Shown here: positions 35,528 to 47,413 of the stretch, piece after piece | How the letters are laid out: the number at the start of each line of letters is the position of its first letter | Position numbering within the stretch: position 1 is the stretch's first letter | DNA from: an uncultured virus (IMG/VR IMGVR_UViG_3300042453_004077) | Lineage: Duplodnaviria > Heunggongvirae > Uroviricota > Caudoviricetes | Strand: one strand, 5' to 3' | Length of the DNA: 64,000 nt | IMG/VR virus record: IMGVR_UViG_3300042453_004077 | Made by a program: the position numbers and the translations under genes | The notes under the pieces: model-generated | Seen by the model: the letters and a program-made list of their open reading frames with translations, nothing else | Databases searched by the model: none | Told to the model about the DNA's origin: nothing

Positions 35528-38500
35528 ATGGCGTCGGGAAGTCCAGAATTAAGACTTGGCGTTAGTTTTGACCTGCAAAGTTTCAAAACTGTTGCGCTTC
35601 CCAGCCTTGTTCAGGCTGCAAAGTCAACTGAACTGTCCATCAAGATTAAGTTTAACAGGGACTCTATTAATGAAGAAATGCGGCTCTTGAGCCGCCAACT
35701 AGGACGACGTAAATATCGCATTGATCTTGATGATACAAGCATTAAAACTGCCATTGCAAATGCCGATAAACTTGCTGCGAAACTAAGCAGCACTCGCGGA
35801 ACAATAGAAAAGGCGCAAGCACTTGGCAGGACTGTTTCAGCGGCTCCAGCAGCGGGGGGTCCCAACGCGCCTCAAGTGCAAGCCATCTTTGGCGCGGCTA
35901 AAGAGCTAGGCATTGTCCAAGGAGCAATAGGCCGGGCAAGAACACAACTTGAAGCAGAGCTGAAGACTGGCTTCGCTTCTGCTGGCGCTGATGCACTAGA
36001 TGGACTCATCCAAGGCATCCTCAAAGGCGAAGGAAAGCTCAAGGGCGTGGCAGCATCCTTGGGAGATGAACTTCTTCAGTCGTTAAAGCAGTCTCTGGAG
36101 ATCAAATCGCCTTCGCGAGCAATGTTTCGCATCGGCTTATTTGCAGGCCAAGGCTTTAACGACGGCCTGATTGCAGCATTACAAGAGGCCACACGGAATG
36201 CTGTTGCAATGATGGATGCAAGCCTGAAGAGGCTTGATCGCATTGTCGAACTACGACAAAGGAAAGCACGCGCTATTGCTCCTAGTCAGCCAGGGTTTGA
36301 GAATGCTCAGCGGCAAGTTGGAGCCGCAATGGGACAGAGAGAGCGTGTGCAGAATCGCGCTGAAGCGTTGCAACTTAGAGGGGCTGCAGCACAGTTTGAA
36401 GCGGGAAGTTATCAGACTTTAAGCAAATTGCTGCAATCGTTACAAATCGAGGCGTCTGAAATTCGACCCAACACGGCCGAATGGAACTCGCTCCAAGGAA
36501 GAATTGCAAAGATAAACATTGACTTGAAGCGATCGGCGGATCTCGCTGAAGAAATTCAAATGCGCGAAAATCTAGCAGCTTTCGCGCCGGGAAGTCTTGC
36601 CTCCCTGGAAAGCAGGCTTGTCATTCTGAAAAGAAGAGCGTCAGAAATAGATGCTGACACTGGCACATGGAAGGAGCTAAATAGGGAAATTCAAAAAGTT
36701 GAGAGAGGCATAGAAAAGGCTAGTAAAAAGCCAATCACGAGGCGAGAGCGCTTTGGCGCGGCCGGGGGTGCATTCCTCTATGGAGGAGGAATGGGCGGCG
36801 GCATTGGCAGTGCAGTGGGCGGCATCGCTGGAGGCCTTTTGGGTGGGGTGCCAGGTGGCTTTACGGGCGCTGCTATTGGCCAAATCGCGGACAACGTTGC
36901 AGCAAGCGTTGGCGCAATGACCAAGCAAGCATCGGCTTTGGTGCAAATGCAAAGAGGCTTGGCCATGGCCTCAATTGACGCAAAAGACTTTGCACAGGCG
37001 CAATCAGTAGTTGCGAGCATGAGCGAAAGACTACTCATGCCCCTGGAGCAAACTACTCGCCTCTTCACTCAATTACGAGTGAATACTAAGCAATACAATT
37101 TGTCAGTGCAAGACACTGCAAAAATCATGGAAGGCACTGCTCTGGCCATTATGGCTACGGGAGGCAGTTCCGAGGATTTAGAAGGCGCAATGAGAGCCGT
37201 TGTTCAGATTATGAGCAAGGGAGGAGTGCAAGCGGAAGAACTGCGCGGACAATTAGGCGAGCGTTTCCCTGGGGCTGTTGTTAAATTTGCACAGGCAAAT
37301 AAGCTTAGCTTCGAAGAGTTGCAGAGGGGCTTGGAAGATGGCAAAATTGGCATTAAGGAGTTTGTAAATTTTGCCAACAAAAACTATACTGACTATGCGC
37401 AATTCAGCAAGCAATTGGCGACAGCTCCAGAATTTGCGGGCAAGCGTCTTCAAATCGCCTTGGAAGAGCTTTCGAGGGAAGTTGGTGGATTATTTGCACC
37501 CATCGGAGCAGGGATACAAGATGCTCTAACTGGCGCGATTAAGTCAGTATCGAAATTTATAACAGAAAACCGCGCCTACCTGAGACAATTCATTTCTGAT
37601 TGGGCCAGCATTATCGGTCCCATCGTTAAAGTGTTTGGTCAATTATTAGCTCTTCTTGCAAGATTCGCTCTTGAGGTAGGGAAAATCTTTCAAGGCCTGT
37701 TTTCTCAAATTCGTCAAGCTGTTGGCATGGCGACAATAGGAGAAGCAAAAGCGCGTCTTGACAAAGCAAAAGCGGCCACCAAGGGGCTTTCCCGTCCCAC
37801 CGGTAACGTAAGGGGAGGAGGTCCCTTCCGAGAACTGGACCAGGCTCAACAGGCTTTTAACGCGCTTGGCGGTCAAGCGGCATGGAACAAAGCACAAGCC
37901 CCGCTCGCCCCCTCCAACCTTTCCTTTGGCGGCTTCGGCGCGGGGATGTCGATGGAAAGGACAGGAGATGGCAAGACGAAAGGCCCTAGAAAGGAGAAGG
38001 AGCTCAAAGAATTTGTAAACGATCGAATTGACACCCTTCGCAAGCGCCTTGAATACGAAAAAGCGTTTATCGACGCCTCCCTCGACTTAGTTGAGCGAGA
38101 AAAGACCGTTCAAAAGGCTCGCCTTGATTTGCAATATGGAGAGCAAATTGTTGACGAGCAATTTGCTAAAGCACAGCGCGATAGCCTTGAGTATCGAGTG
38201 CAAGATCGAGCAAGATTCTTGGCGGAACAGGCAGAGCAAGTTAAAACGGAAAAGAAAACGCTTCAGGCTCAGTTCCAGGCAGCAATAGCCGGACCGCTTC
38301 TTCAAGCAAATGAGCAACTTTCCGACTCTTACACGGAGCTCAATGTAAAGATGGAACTGGCCGCTAAAGGCCGCTTCGATCTTAATGAAAGCGAAAAAGC
38401 GGAGATAGATATTGCACGCACTCTTGTTGGCCTTAAGGATGAAGATATTGCAAAAATTCAAGGACAAATTGACGCAAGGAGGCAATTAGCCTCTGCTATT

Positions 38501-39331
38501 GATGGCATCAACACCAGACTTGCGCGTGCGTCTGCTCTTTATAAACTCAATAACGAAATGCGCCTTGCGGGCATGCTTGATCCGCGCATGGAACTTCGCG
38601 AGCAATTGCGCCAAGAAAATCCACTGCTTTCGGGAGCTGATGTGGAGCAAATGGCAGTGCTTCAAGAAAGGATCAACAAGGTGCGGGAATTTAGGGATCA
38701 ATTGCGTGGAATGGCGCAAACTATTGGTGACTCCTTTGGCAATGCCTTCAAGCAGATTATCACTGGCAGTGCCACCGCGCAGGAAGCATTTGCCGGCCTA
38801 TTCCGCAGCATTGCTGATTACTTTGCAGATATGGTGGCAAAAATGATAGCAGAGTGGCTCAAGACGCAAGTGATCAAAGGCTTCATGAACATCTTTGGCT
38901 CCCTCATTCCAGGAGGTGGCTCATTGGGAAGCATTGGAGGCGGCGGCTTCGGCAGCTTCTCTGGAGGCAGTTTTGGCGTGGGCTCCATGAGCCTTCCAGG
39001 GCTTAGTGGAGCAGGAGCGCTGGCGGCTCCTGCCGGGCTGTATTCGGGAGTGAAGTTTGCCAATGGCGGGGTGGTTACTGGCCCCACGCTTGGACTGATT
39101 GGCGAAGGTCGCTACAACGAAGCCGTCGTTCCATTACCAAATGGCAGAAGCATCCCAGTGGAGCTAGGAGGCGCCTCAGCGGCCACCAATGTAATTGTCA
39201 ACGTAGATGCCAAGGGGACAAGCGTTGCAGGCGATCAGGGGGCTGCTCAGTCGCTTGCGAAAGACTTGGCTTCTGTCGTTGATCAAAGAATCATTTATCA
39301 TAAGCGGGCAGGCGGCCTGCTTTCTAGATAG
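35528..39331 (+). CDS. tape measure protein
   Basis: 1267 aa, helical; IKSPSR, QIMSKGGVQAEELRGQLGERFPGA, FANGGVVTGPT..GEG..EAVVPL. Confidence 0.93.
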   Translation: MASGSPELRLGVSFDLQSFKTVALPSLVQAAKSTELSIKIKFNRDSINEEMRLLSRQLGRRKYRIDLDDTSIKTAIANADKLAAKLSSTRGTIEKAQALGRTVSAAPAAGGPNAPQVQAIFGAAKELGIVQGAIGRARTQLEAELKTGFASAGADALDGLIQGILKGEGKLKGVAASLGDELLQSLKQSLEIKSPSRAMFRIGLFAGQGFNDGLIAALQEATRNAVAMMDASLKRLDRIVELRQRKARAIAPSQPGFENAQRQVGAAMGQRERVQNRAEALQLRGAAAQFEAGSYQTLSKLLQSLQIEASEIRPNTAEWNSLQGRIAKINIDLKRSADLAEEIQMRENLAAFAPGSLASLESRLVILKRRASEIDADTGTWKELNREIQKVERGIEKASKKPITRRERFGAAGGAFLYGGGMGGGIGSAVGGIAGGLLGGVPGGFTGAAIGQIADNVAASVGAMTKQASALVQMQRGLAMASIDAKDFAQAQSVVASMSERLLMPLEQTTRLFTQLRVNTKQYNLSVQDTAKIMEGTALAIMATGGSSEDLEGAMRAVVQIMSKGGVQAEELRGQLGERFPGAVVKFAQANKLSFEELQRGLEDGKIGIKEFVNFANKNYTDYAQFSKQLATAPEFAGKRLQIALEELSREVGGLFAPIGAGIQDALTGAIKSVSKFITENRAYLRQFISDWASIIGPIVKVFGQLLALLARFALEVGKIFQGLFSQIRQAVGMATIGEAKARLDKAKAATKGLSRPTGNVRGGGPFRELDQAQQAFNALGGQAAWNKAQAPLAPSNLSFGGFGAGMSMERTGDGKTKGPRKEKELKEFVNDRIDTLRKRLEYEKAFIDASLDLVEREKTVQKARLDLQYGEQIVDEQFAKAQRDSLEYRVQDRARFLAEQAEQVKTEKKTLQAQFQAAIAGPLLQANEQLSDSYTELNVKMELAAKGRFDLNESEKAEIDIARTLVGLKDEDIAKIQGQIDARRQLASAIDGINTRLARASALYKLNNEMRLAGMLDPRMELREQLRQENPLLSGADVEQMAVLQERINKVREFRDQLRGMAQTIGDSFGNAFKQIITGSATAQEAFAGLFRSIADYFADMVAKMIAEWLKTQVIKGFMNIFGSLIPGGGSLGSIGGGGFGSFSGGSFGVGSMSLPGLSGAGALAAPAGLYSGVKFANGGVVTGPTLGLIGEGRYNEAVVPLPNGRSIPVELGGASAATNVIVNVDAKGTSVAGDQGAAQSLAKDLASVVDQRIIYHKRAGGLLSR

Positions 39332-39339
39332 GAAAAACG

Positions 39340-39675
39340 ATGGCCACGTTTACTATTGCCCCGTCAATTAGCACGCAGCTAACAGTGCGTCCGCGCACAA
39401 AGAAGGTTCAGTTTGGGGACGGCTATGAACAAAGATTTTCGATGGGGCTCAACACGCGCTCCGAACAATGGGACTTGACTTTCCATTGCAAAGGAGCCAC
39501 TGAGCGTGATGCAGTGTTGGATTTCTTTGAAGCTCGCAATGGCCAGGAAAGCTTTGACTGGACCACTCCCAATGGCGATGCGAAAAAGTTTGTCTGCGAA
39601 GAGTGGAGGCAAAGACAGGAAGGCGACAATTTCTTTGTGATTGACACGAGCTTCCGCGAGGTGCATGAGCCCTGA
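39340..39675 (+). CDS. distal tail protein (lambda gpM-like)
   Basis: VQFGDGYEQR..GLN, F.WT.P, F.C..W. Confidence 0.88.
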   Translation: MATFTIAPSISTQLTVRPRTKKVQFGDGYEQRFSMGLNTRSEQWDLTFHCKGATERDAVLDFFEARNGQESFDWTTPNGDAKKFVCEEWRQRQEGDNFFVIDTSFREVHEP

Positions 39676-41405
39676 TGGCATACACTGCGTGGCAACCATT
39701 ATCTCTCTATTCCATTGGAGACATTGTTGCTCCAACGGAGCTGCTTCCAACTGGCTTAGTCTTTCGTTGTATCACTTCTGGTACGACGGCCAGTGGAGAG
39801 CCTCAATGGCCCGCTGAAACTTACAAGACTGCAACGATCAGTGGCGTCACTTCTGCTTCTATTGGTTTCGTTGACGATGGAACAGTGCGATGGGCGGCTA
39901 TCAGCGCAGTACATGCCGATCTCCAGCCCATCTATCCAAGTTCAATCATTGAACTGTTCGAGCTGGAGCTAAACACGCAGCAGCATGGCAGCTCGGAGAT
40001 TCTGCGCTTCCATGCTGGCACTAGTCTCAATCTCAATACAGACCTAGTTTGGCAAGGCCTCAGTTATAGGGCTCTTCCCATTGAAGCCGATGGCTTTGAG
40101 TATAACGGAGGCGGGCAATTGCCTCGTCCGAAGTTGCGGGTGAGTAATCTCTATTTGATCATCTCCACAGCACTGGCCGAACTTCCTCATGGACTGGAAG
40201 GCGCAAAGGTTACGCGCATTCGGACACTGGCTCGTTACCTAGACGATGCAAACTTTCCGGCTGATGCTTTCATCTTGCAAGAAGATGGTGGCATTTTCCT
40301 CATGGAAGATGGCTCAAAAATCTCCACCGAAGAAGGACAAACCAATCCTTTTGGACAAGCCGACCCCTCTGCTGAATTCGCAAGAGAAATCTACCTTATT
40401 GACAGAAAGAGTGCTGAAAATAGAGATATTGTCGAGTTTGAGCTTGCAAGTGCTTTTGACCTGCAAAATATGCGCTTGCCACGCAGGCAAACAATTGCAA
40501 ACATTTGTCAATGGAAATATAGGCAATATGATGCAACTACTGCATCGTTTGATTATGCAGGAGTCACCTGCCCCTATGCCGAGGCACTGTATTACAACAT
40601 CGACAACGAAGCCACCGCTGACCCTGCCGAAGACATTTGCAACAAGCGCCTAGATGGCTGCCGCACTCGCTTCGCCCCCATCACAATCACGGCTTCTCCC
40701 GTGACAGCCGGAAGCACCACTATCTCAGGCCTCACCACGGAAGAGGCTAGTTCAGTGCTGGCAGGCATGCCCATTTCAGGCTTTGGCGTGCCTGCTGGCA
40801 CTACGATTGCCGCGACAACGCCTGCTGCTGGCACCATCACGCTATCGGCCTCAATCACGAAGAATGGCAGGGTGACGGCTTCTGGCACTTTATCTGCGAA
40901 TGGCTTGCAGCTCAACATCACTCCCATTTTCTCCTCTCTCCTCGTGTTTCCAGGAATGACGATTTCGGGGAGCAATGTGCCGGCCGATACAACAGTCACA
41001 GCCATCAATCAAACGACTGGCGTAGCTACTCTGAGCTCCGCTTTCAACACTGAAGGCTTTACCACCATCGCCACCCTTTCAGCGCTCTATTCTGCATACG
41101 ATGAAAACTATGCGCTTCTGACCGTAGCAAGCACCACTGGCCTGCAGGCGGGAGACACAGTGACAAACGATGCAGGGCAATTTTACAAGGACACGACTAT
41201 CGTTTCCGTAGCGTCTGCCACTGAAGTGGTAATTAGTAGGTATCAAGCGCTAGACCTGGACACGACAGTCACTGCCCAGTTCAAAAGGCGCATCACTTAT
41301 TCTCTTTCTCTCTACACCTTTACAGCCTCTTCTGTGTACACAGCAAGAAAAGACGGAGCGCTACCCTATGGAGGCTTTCCAAGTGTTGGATCGTACAGAA
41401 TATGA
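39675..41405 (+). CDS. tail tip protein (lambda gpL-like) with inserted beta-repeat domains
   Basis: [41 protein letters not shown]. Confidence 0.85.
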   Translation: MAYTAWQPLSLYSIGDIVAPTELLPTGLVFRCITSGTTASGEPQWPAETYKTATISGVTSASIGFVDDGTVRWAAISAVHADLQPIYPSSIIELFELELNTQQHGSSEILRFHAGTSLNLNTDLVWQGLSYRALPIEADGFEYNGGGQLPRPKLRVSNLYLIISTALAELPHGLEGAKVTRIRTLARYLDDANFPADAFILQEDGGIFLMEDGSKISTEEGQTNPFGQADPSAEFAREIYLIDRKSAENRDIVEFELASAFDLQNMRLPRRQTIANICQWKYRQYDATTASFDYAGVTCPYAEALYYNIDNEATADPAEDICNKRLDGCRTRFAPITITASPVTAGSTTISGLTTEEASSVLAGMPISGFGVPAGTTIAATTPAAGTITLSASITKNGRVTASGTLSANGLQLNITPIFSSLLVFPGMTISGSNVPADTTVTAINQTTGVATLSSAFNTEGFTTIATLSALYSAYDENYALLTVASTTGLQAGDTVTNDAGQFYKDTTIVSVASATEVVISRYQALDLDTTVTAQFKRRITYSLSLYTFTASSVYTARKDGALPYGGFPSVGSYRI

Positions 41406-42115
41406 AACAATGGGAAAAGCAAGCAATTGATCATGCAAAAGCTGTATGGCCGGAAGAAAGTTGCGGACTTGTGCTGGTCATCAAAGGAAGGAAGCACTAT
41501 CGAGCATGCACCAATCTTTCCCCATCGCCTGCCTATTTCTTCTGCCTTGATCCTGCCGACTGGGCAAAGGCGGAAGACGATGGAGAAATCGTTGGCATTG
41601 TTCACAGCCATCCATCCTCCCCTCCCATTGCAAGTCAAGCTGATTTAATGGCTTGCGAAAAGCATGGAGTGCCTTGGTATATTGTTTCACCTTCTCAAGA
41701 AACGATTTCCTCCATCGAACCCAAAGGATACAAGGCTCCGCTCATTGGAAGGCAGTGGGTGTGGGGAGTAAGTGATTGCTGGACTTTGGTTCGAGATTGG
41801 TACGCGGAAGAAGCGGGAATTGTGCTGCCAGACTGGGAGCGTTCAGTGTCGCCAGATGACTTCCAGAAGAAGCCATGGTTCGATGATTGCTGGGAGGAAG
41901 CTGGTTTCAGAGTGTTGTCTAGCAAAGAATCGCTCCGACGGGGCGATGCTGTTTTGATGAGCATGCGCAGTCCTGGCTTGAATCATTGTGGAGTGTATTT
42001 AGGGGATCAATTATTGTTGCATCATTTGCAAAATCGACTCAGTAGTCGCGATTTTTATTCTGGCTGGTTGATAGAATGCACAGGAAAGAGGCTTCGTCAT
42101 GCTGCGCAAGATTAA
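41402..42115 (+). CDS. tail tip assembly protein (lambda gpK-like; JAB plus NlpC/P60)
   Basis: PEESCG, HSHP...[19 protein letters not shown]. Confidence 0.9.
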   Translation: MKQWEKQAIDHAKAVWPEESCGLVLVIKGRKHYRACTNLSPSPAYFFCLDPADWAKAEDDGEIVGIVHSHPSSPPIASQADLMACEKHGVPWYIVSPSQETISSIEPKGYKAPLIGRQWVWGVSDCWTLVRDWYAEEAGIVLPDWERSVSPDDFQKKPWFDDCWEEAGFRVLSSKESLRRGDAVLMSMRSPGLNHCGVYLGDQLLLHHLQNRLSSRDFYSGWLIECTGKRLRHAAQD

Positions 42116-42710
42116 GCTATATGGACACCTTGCGAAAGCAGTAGGGCGTCGAACGCTTGAGGCGCATGTGGCATCCGCAGCGGAAGCCGTTCGCTTTTTG
42201 CTTGCCAACTTTCCCCATTTGGAATCGTTGATGGTGGAAAGTCATTACAAGGTGAGCGTGGGGGATCATTCTTTGTCGTACGACGAACTTCACTATCCAT
42301 CGGGACAGTCTTTCATCTCTTTTGTGCCCGTTGTGCAGGGTGCAGGCGAAGGCTTTGGTGCTATCTTGGCAGGCATTGCATTAGTGGCCCTTGCATTTAT
42401 TCCATTTGGCGGAATCTTTGCTGGCGTTGGGGGATCTACGCTTCTTGGTGGAACTGCCGCTGCAGGCTTTGGCTCCACTGCATTGTTCATGGTGGGCTCA
42501 ACTTTATTGCTCGGCGGCATCGGGCAATTGCTGTCGCCCACGCCAATGACTCCCACTGGAAACGGTTCCGCCAAGGATCCCAAGGCTTCGTTTAGCTTCA
42601 ATGGCATTCAAAATACGAGCAGGCAAGGCACGCCCGTTCCAGTGATCTATGGGGAAACGATTGTAGGGTCCATTACCATTTCCGCTGGCGTTGACACTGT
42701 TGATCTGTGA
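42099..42710 (+). CDS. tail assembly protein (lambda gpI-like)
   Basis: [25 protein letters not shown]. Confidence 0.9.
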   Translation: MLRKIKLYGHLAKAVGRRTLEAHVASAAEAVRFLLANFPHLESLMVESHYKVSVGDHSLSYDELHYPSGQSFISFVPVVQGAGEGFGAILAGIALVALAFIPFGGIFAGVGGSTLLGGTAAAGFGSTALFMVGSTLLLGGIGQLLSPTPMTPTGNGSAKDPKASFSFNGIQNTSRQGTPVPVIYGETIVGSITISAGVDTVDL

Positions 42711-45700
42711 TGAACAATTCCTCTGGCGACGCACGTTACATTTATGGCGCTGGAGGAGCGCTTGGCGGCAAAGGAGGAGGCGGCGGTGGCGCCAGAACGC
42801 CCTCTGAAGCGGCTGACACGCTGAATTCCACGAGCTATGTGCGCGTGGTCGATTTGATTGGCGAAGGGGAGCTGGAGGGCTTTGCTACGCCTGCGGCATC
42901 GGGCTTGACTAGAGACACGGTTAAGTACAACGTTGCGTCGTTGAAGGATATTTTTGTTGAAAACGTGCCAGTGTTGAAGTCAAGCGCAGTTTTGCGCGAT
43001 GCTTCGTATTCGCAAAATGGCACAACGAAAGTGATCACCGTCACTTGTAGTGGCCATGGCTTTGTTGCCGATCAAGCAGTGCGCTTGGACATTATCTCTG
43101 GCACTGCGGCAAGCGACGACTATAAAGTCACTGCCGTCACCAATGCAAACGTTTTCACTTGCGCAGCCAAGAATACTAACACTACCACTGGCAATGCAGT
43201 AGTCACAAGGATTTCCGACTACAACTTTAGAGGATTTTCTTTTGCCTATCGTTATGGCCTAGGCAATCAAACTTACATTGCAGGATTTGGGCAGTCTGAA
43301 ACCACCATTTCAGTGGGACTGGTTGTAGAAAAAGATGTGCCAATTGCGCGAGCTATCACTAACGAAAACGTTGAAGAAGTGAAAGTGATCATTCGCGTGC
43401 CGGTGCTGCAGTTCATCAAGAGCAATGGGGATATTGTTGGCGATGAAATTACCTTGGCCATTGAAGTCTCGGAAAATGGCGGTGACTACAAAGTGGTGGG
43501 AGGCGAGCGCGTTATCAAGGGGCGAACTCCTGACGCTTACGAGCGCACCTATTCAATCAACACAGAAGGCTACGAGTTCCCCGTTGAACTGCGCGTGAGG
43601 CGCATCACGGACGACAGTACAAGCGCCAAAAGACAAAACTCTTTCGTTTGGTCTAGCTACACGGAAGTTGTCAATGAAAAACTTTCCTATCCCCATAGTG
43701 CCTTGGTTGCATGCCGCATTGACGCGGCACAGTTCAATCGCGTGCCGGACAGGGCCTATAGGAAGCGTGGACGCAAAGTGCGCATTCCAAGCAATGCAAC
43801 AGTAGACCTGGCAACTGGAGCGCTGCTGTACAGCGATCAACCATGGTTAGGGGACTTTGGGGCTGCTCAATGGACGAATGATCCTGCTTGGTGCTTATGG
43901 GACCTGTTGACGAACGTGCGCTATGGAACAGGCGAGCAAGTGCTTACTCCCGAGGAGCAGGCAAATTTCACGGGCGAAGCGTCTCGCTTAGACAAGTGGG
44001 CTTTCTATGCGGCTAGTCGCTATTGCAGCGCTCTCGACACGCGAGCCGGCTCAACAAACGACTACCACCCTGTCACTGGCCGCCACGGCGTGCCTTCAGG
44101 ACTGAAAGACACTGCAGGCAACGATCTGTATGAGCCTCGCTTTTCTTGCAATGTCAACATTCAGACGCAAGAGGAAGTGTTCAATGTTATCAATGACATG
44201 TGCAGCGTGTTTCGCAGCATGCCATTCTGGAACGCCGGCTCCTTGACTGTTGCGCAAGATAGGCCCGTTGATCCAAGCTACATCTTCAACACGAGCAATG
44301 TTGCTGATGCTGGATTCTCTTACAGTTCAGCCAGCCAAAAGACCAAGCCCAACGTCGCAATTGTCGCCTATCTAAACCTGGACAGTCGCGACACTGCCTA
44401 TGAGCAGGTGGAGGACGTGGCGGGCATTGCAAGGAATGGCTCGATCACCACGGAAATCACTGCTTTTGGCTGCACGAGCAGAGGGCAAGCAAGGCGAGTG
44501 GGAGAATGGCTCCTCTATTCAAACTCTGAGGAAGCTGAGACCATCACCTTCACCACTTCCTTGGATGCTGGCATTGTCGTTCGGCCTGGGCAAGTGATTG
44601 GCGTGAACGATCCGACAAAAGCGCAGTTCCGACGTGGCGGCCGTGTGGCGAGTGGCACCACGACCGTCATTGAAGTGGATAGCACTGCTGAAATCACGGC
44701 AGGACCGTCGCAAACCATGACCGTAGTGCTTCCCACGGGCCTCGTGGAGACACGACCGATTAGCACGATTAGCGGCACCACCATCACTGTCGCATCGGGC
44801 TTCAGTCAGGCGCCAGCAGCCAACGCCCCATGGTCCTATTCCTCTAGCAACATTTCCACAAGCTATTGGCGAGTGGTGTCGCTTAGTGAGAGCGATGGAG
44901 TGAATTATTCAGTGGTGGCCATCAAATACAACTCTTCTAAGTATGACTACATCGAAAGGGACGTGCCGCTGCAGCCGTTAGATATTACAGATTTGAATGA
45001 GCCTCCAGCAGGACCAACGCTCCCAGTGGGCGTGCCGTTCCTGGAGGAAGCCCTTTACGAATATCAAGCCACTGTCTACTCCAAGATCATCATCACTTGG
45101 ACGCCAGTATTGGGGGTTTACGAGTATTTAGTGCGATGGACGAAAGACAGCAACAATTGGAACGAGCAAATCGTTACGGCTTCAAACTGTGACATTCTGG
45201 AAACAAGCCCTGGCCTTTACGAAGTGGAGGTGTATAGTCTCAATCCCCTTCGTCGTCGGTCAGTAGAGAGCCTCAATGGAAGCATCAATGCTCTTGGTAA
45301 GACTGCGCCGCCGTCCAACGTCACTGGCCTCACTTATACCATCGACCCTTATATTGGCGCCATTCTTTCTTGGGACGCAGTTGGCGACATCGACCTGTCC
45401 TATTACGAAATTCGACGAGGAAATGATTTTGGCAGTGGCACTCTTGTAACGGAAGTCAAAGCAACCACTTACAAACTTGGCTATTTAGACACTGGTGCCT
45501 ACACTTATCACATCAAGGCCGTAGACACTTCTGGCATTTATAGCAGCGCTGCTGGTAGTGAGACTGTAGAAGTGGTCAATCCAGGCCCTGCTAGCAATCT
45601 TATTGCCACTGTCCAGGATCCGCTTGTGGTGCTTTCTTGGGACGCTCCTGCCACTACCTCCTACGCAATCACTGGCTACCGCATTAAGCAAGGCCCTGTG

Positions 45701-47398
45701 TACAATTCTGCCACTGAACTGGCAGTCGTCCAAACCACTTCCTTTTCCATTGCAGCTTCTTGGACCGGAGGACAAACCTTCTGGGTGGCTCCAATTGACT
45801 ACATAGGACAGGAGAATGCCGCAAGCTCTGTCGTTGCCACGGTCGATAGGCCATCCGCTCCAACGAATGGAAGCGCTAGTTTCGCCGGCGACTCTGTCAC
45901 GCTTGCTTGGACGGCCAGCGCCTCTACGGCCACAAGCTTGGGCGTGCAGCTTTACGAAATTCGCTATGGGAATGGAAGCTATGAAAGCGCAACGCCACTG
46001 AGCACGACGAAGAGCACGTCGTTCACGGTGAAAGTTGACTGGTCAGGAAGTCGAACTTTCTTGGTGAAGGCAGTTGACGCCAATGGAAATGACAGCACAA
46101 GCGCTCTGAGTATTGTTGCCACGACCATTGCCCCTCCAGCTCCGACAGTCACTTCAGCTTTTGCGGGGCGAGAAGTGGTGTTGTCGTGGAATGCAGTGGC
46201 GGGCAATTTACTGACAAGCTATTACGTTGTGAGCAGGCAGAACGGCGCGAGCTTTACGGAGCTCGCCAAGATCAATAGCACAAGCTACACGCTTAGGGCC
46301 GACTGGTCAGGGAGCAAGCAGTTTCAAGTGAAGGCAGTGTCGAGCAATGGGGAGGAAGGAACAGTTGGTGGTACGACAGTCGTTATTTCCCCTCCATCGC
46401 TGCCCACTATTTCGCAGCAAGTCATTGACAACAACGTGCTTTTGCGCTGGAACGACGTCACTGGTTCTGTTCCCATTGAATACTATGTGGTGAAGCGCAG
46501 CGGCGAAAACGATTCGTACAGCAGCGCAACGGAAATTGGCACCAAGCAAGGCCTGTTCACCACTGTCTTTGAAACTGCTGGGGCCACCTATAGATACTGG
46601 GTGGCAGGCGTTGATAGCGCTGGCAACGAAGGCCCTGCTCATAGTGTGGTGGCAACAGTCAATCAACCCCCTGACTACATTCTTCTGCTGGACCAGGACA
46701 GCACTTTTGCGGGCTCTGGCGTGACGAAGACCAATGTTTACGCTGCATCGGGACTGGGACTACTGGTCAACGTGGCCACTGGCGAAACCTGGCAGTCGCA
46801 CTTCACAAACAACGGCGCCACCACCCTACAAAATTTCATCTCCTCTGGCTTCACTCACTACCTCATGCCCACGCCAGCAAGTGGCAGCTACGAAGAGATT
46901 TTTGACTATGGAGGATTAGTTGGTGGGGCGAAAGTGAGCGCAATTTTGGACACCACTACTATTTCCGGCTCTACCACCATTGACCGTGATATTTCCGTTA
47001 GGACCACGGCTAGCGGCGCATGGACAGTGTACTCTGGCGTGGCGGAAGTCTATGCCACTAATTTCCGCTATGTCAGACTGTCTTATCGCTTCATTTCTTC
47101 TGGCGGCGATGATTTGCTCTTGGTCAACAACTTGAACCTTCGCCTTGACTCTAAGCTCAAGACTGACGCAGGCACTGGCACAGCATTCTCCGGTGACGCT
47201 AGTGGTACCACTGTTTCTTTTAACGAAAGCTTTATCGACGTGCAGTCAATTACTGTCACCCCAGCTTCTACTTCCCCATTGATTGCCGTTTATAATTTCG
47301 TAGACGCCCCCAATCCAACTGATTTCAAAGTGTTGCTTTTCACTCCTTCTGGCGTGAGAACTGACGGCACTTTTAGTTGGACAGTCAGGGGAGTTTAA
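42707..47398 (+). CDS. central tail fibre / host specificity protein (lambda gpJ-like) with FN3 repeats
   Basis: DLIGEGE.EG, YPHSA, WT.DPAW.L.DLL...RYG, EPRFSCN, GCTSRGQA.R.G.W, several FN3 domains. Confidence 0.92.
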   Translation: MMNNSSGDARYIYGAGGALGGKGGGGGGARTPSEAADTLNSTSYVRVVDLIGEGELEGFATPAASGLTRDTVKYNVASLKDIFVENVPVLKSSAVLRDASYSQNGTTKVITVTCSGHGFVADQAVRLDIISGTAASDDYKVTAVTNANVFTCAAKNTNTTTGNAVVTRISDYNFRGFSFAYRYGLGNQTYIAGFGQSETTISVGLVVEKDVPIARAITNENVEEVKVIIRVPVLQFIKSNGDIVGDEITLAIEVSENGGDYKVVGGERVIKGRTPDAYERTYSINTEGYEFPVELRVRRITDDSTSAKRQNSFVWSSYTEVVNEKLSYPHSALVACRIDAAQFNRVPDRAYRKRGRKVRIPSNATVDLATGALLYSDQPWLGDFGAAQWTNDPAWCLWDLLTNVRYGTGEQVLTPEEQANFTGEASRLDKWAFYAASRYCSALDTRAGSTNDYHPVTGRHGVPSGLKDTAGNDLYEPRFSCNVNIQTQEEVFNVINDMCSVFRSMPFWNAGSLTVAQDRPVDPSYIFNTSNVADAGFSYSSASQKTKPNVAIVAYLNLDSRDTAYEQVEDVAGIARNGSITTEITAFGCTSRGQARRVGEWLLYSNSEEAETITFTTSLDAGIVVRPGQVIGVNDPTKAQFRRGGRVASGTTTVIEVDSTAEITAGPSQTMTVVLPTGLVETRPISTISGTTITVASGFSQAPAANAPWSYSSSNISTSYWRVVSLSESDGVNYSVVAIKYNSSKYDYIERDVPLQPLDITDLNEPPAGPTLPVGVPFLEEALYEYQATVYSKIIITWTPVLGVYEYLVRWTKDSNNWNEQIVTASNCDILETSPGLYEVEVYSLNPLRRRSVESLNGSINALGKTAPPSNVTGLTYTIDPYIGAILSWDAVGDIDLSYYEIRRGNDFGSGTLVTEVKATTYKLGYLDTGAYTYHIKAVDTSGIYSSAAGSETVEVVNPGPASNLIATVQDPLVVLSWDAPATTSYAITGYRIKQGPVYNSATELAVVQTTSFSIAASWTGGQTFWVAPIDYIGQENAASSVVATVDRPSAPTNGSASFAGDSVTLAWTASASTATSLGVQLYEIRYGNGSYESATPLSTTKSTSFTVKVDWSGSRTFLVKAVDANGNDSTSALSIVATTIAPPAPTVTSAFAGREVVLSWNAVAGNLLTSYYVVSRQNGASFTELAKINSTSYTLRADWSGSKQFQVKAVSSNGEEGTVGGTTVVISPPSLPTISQQVIDNNVLLRWNDVTGSVPIEYYVVKRSGENDSYSSATEIGTKQGLFTTVFETAGATYRYWVAGVDSAGNEGPAHSVVATVNQPPDYILLLDQDSTFAGSGVTKTNVYAASGLGLLVNVATGETWQSHFTNNGATTLQNFISSGFTHYLMPTPASGSYEEIFDYGGLVGGAKVSAILDTTTISGSTTIDRDISVRTTASGAWTVYSGVAEVYATNFRYVRLSYRFISSGGDDLLLVNNLNLRLDSKLKTDAGTGTAFSGDASGTTVSFNESFIDVQSITVTPASTSPLIAVYNFVDAPNPTDFKVLLFTPSGVRTDGTFSWTVRGV

Positions 47399-47413
47399 TG
47401 ACAATGGAGTAAC

